The position numbers and the translations under genes are program-made. A stretch of 64,000 nt of DNA. Origin: Callorhinchus milii (Eukaryota). The notes under the pieces were generated by a model, which was not told the origin of the DNA, made no database searches, and worked only from the letters and a program-made list of their open reading frames with translations. The stretch covers positions 40,178,001-40,242,000 of the forward strand of contig NW_024704742.1 in assembly GCF_018977255.1 (NCBI RefSeq), read 5' to 3'. This document shows, in pieces, positions 61,591 through 64,000 of the stretch. Position 1 is the first letter of the stretch, and every line of letters starts with the position of its first letter.

Positions 61591-64000
61591 GATGTTTATG
61601 ATACATTAATTAATACCTAATTCTTGTGCTAATTCATTTGTGGCCAATTCACTGACCATATGATATTTAGCATTGACTGATCAGGGTATGCTGACAGCAG
61701 GCCCAAACCCTCTTCCTGAAACACACAGCCTTCTAAATGTTCATGTTGTCTGTGCTGTATATTGGATTTCCAGTTGGGATTATGACAGAAGACTGCTGCT
61801 TAACAGAATACTGACATTTTTTCATTGAGTTAAGCATGTGTCTCATTCTTTCCAATATCAATTGCCACATTAGTATTGATCTTGTCCCCTTCACAACAGC
61901 AGCAATATGAATAGGAACGTCACATGCCGTGCGTGTCCGGAAGCAAAGGCAATTCGATTGAATTCCCTGAAAACGCTGGGATGCAATGGAACAGAGTCAA
62001 GTGCCTTCAGCAGTGAAGGAGTTAACGCTAGCCCTGGCAGCACAGTGTGGAAATTATTCATTTCCTCAATAAAGCTTTGAAAAGCATCGTCACGATTTTG
62101 TCTTTAAATGACAACTGGGCTCAGTGGTGCAGGGACGTAATGGAATGAATAGCCTGCACCAGGGAGATTATCCAAATGTGGTGTCTCCCTCCTTCCTTCA
62201 ATTCTCAATATCTGCACCAAAAGGCTTTATAATGATGAACCTTTATTTTATTCCTAGGTTATCTCGCAGGTTGTTACAGTCCCATAAGAAATGACAAAAT
62301 CCTTATCATATGTGCATTTAAATGTTTAATGAACCTTTAACAGCTGGTGCAGTTGGACCCGATTGATAGTGAATGGGTCCACTGGGTCGCAGCAGTTGCT
62401 GGTTTTAATATCTGTGCAAAGACCTTTGAAGTACCGATGAAGCGCAAAGGACTTTATTAAAATAGATCTGGTGCAGCCCGCCATTTATCCAAGAATCACC
62501 TTCAGAATGGCATCAGGCAACAAATGTTCTGTTGTTCTGTGCATGAAAAGCAGAGCGGTGTGATGATATTGTTTGCCAGCTGGTTGAAGTAATAGATGGA
62601 GACTTTCGATACACTGTTTTTTCATTTTGTACAGCGCTGACAGTTTATTTGAAAGGTAGTTCATCGAGCTATGTTTTTCTGCGTTGTGCACGTTGCAGAT
62701 AAATACGAACACATTCCTTATAAGTATTCTGCGCAGAACCAGTGAAATCCTCAGAATTATTTCCAAGTGTTGAATTTGGTATTTTTCTTGCTGAATTTTA
62801 TTCTCTTATATTTTCTCCTTTTACCGGAAGGTGCTGACTGATACCGGAGTATGTTTTTATAGGCACTGGCTGAAATATCTCACCTAGACATTTCGTATGT
62901 GTGCCTAGCCAGGCAATTGCCACCATGGAAGGCATCTCCCACAAAATACACAGTTACTACACTTGACAGTATATTCTGTCATGTGCTTTGAGACACCTCA
63001 ATGATGGGCAGTGAGTTTACCAACTTAGCCATTGCTAAAAACAAAAGCATTGTTTTCACATCATTCTCTATGAGATGCATCTGACAAGTTGCCAATCTCA
63101 CAAATGTCTGCTTGATAAAATTCTATGCACAAATACTCACACAGCCCTCCCCTGCTGTGTATCAGCAAAGGGGTAATGCAAGCATTTCAAATGCAAATTC
63201 AATAAGTACATACAACAAAAGACAAACAGAAAATGAAATCAGAATACAGGCAGCAAAATGCTCTCCTCCCAAAGATCCAAAGATGCAGTCTTTCCTGGTT
63301 AAAAAGATAAAGAGGAAAATCACAAAGGTTGTCATCTATACACAACCTGGGAAACCTCAGTTTATGGGTCTGATTTCGCTGATAGATCAGTACCTATTGT
63401 ATATTTGCCTTTATATGACACTATTGCGAGATTAATGTATATATTCTACAAAGATGTTTCGTAGGGGTTCTATTTTGGCAGGAGTCCATTACAATAGATG
63501 TGCTTTAAGTGAAGGATGATGGCGTATTAGATTCTCTCCTAACTGTTATTTGCTGCAAAGGGAAAAATGGCTGCAATTGATACCCAGTTCATTTTGCTGA
63601 TTGAAAGACATGGGGAAGGGACTCATGAACCATGCAGCCAAACAGCTCTACAGCTCGGGAAATGAGGCTCATAGCTTCGCTGTACATTTATTTGATTTAT
63701 TACAATTGTGAAATCCGTTTATTATTGTACCACTTTATCTCACAATCCATTTATTGGAAATCTCAAATCACTCCTTCGTCATCTCTGCAATATTTCCTAC
63801 TCTTGGATGGAAAGAAGGGACCTGCATTATGTTATAATATTTTCCAGGTTAGAAGAATGAAATTAAACTTATCCAGTGTTCTCACCTATTCTTAGCCTGA
63901 GAGGCAATAGGTCAATCCCTTCTTCTTCTGTTCACAAATGATGTCTCATAAGATTTCTGAAAATTATCCTTTTTAAATTTTTCTTTTATACCACTTCATT

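Overview
This is vertebrate genomic DNA, most likely from a cartilaginous fish (possibly a chimaera), judged from its L2/CR1/Deu-SINE repeat content. The main feature is one protein-coding gene on the minus strand, a BOD1L1 orthologue, with its start codon at 33909 and stop at 9695. I traced 11 exons by hand. The ten exons left of the 25-N gap (33364-33388) splice into one phase-consistent frame of about 2,258 codons. Exon 1 is not phase-compatible with the next visible exon, so the rest of the BOD1/Shg1 domain is probably hidden in the gap. The protein has been heavily remodelled by coding tandem repeats: a 5,086-bp exon with three related repeat tiers, ending in about 57 near-identical 27-bp SPEAESKxN units, and a 652-bp exon made of five tandem copies of a 43-44-aa unit. 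The rest of the window is intron and upstream intergenic DNA. It holds L2 and CR1 LINE fragments, tRNA-headed and Deu-domain SINEs, an hAT transposase fossil, satellites around the promoter, an unclassified ~600-bp dispersed repeat, and two promoter-like elements with no assigned gene (about 39.9 kb and 55.0 kb). Family and orthology calls come from motif recognition and recall, not database searches.
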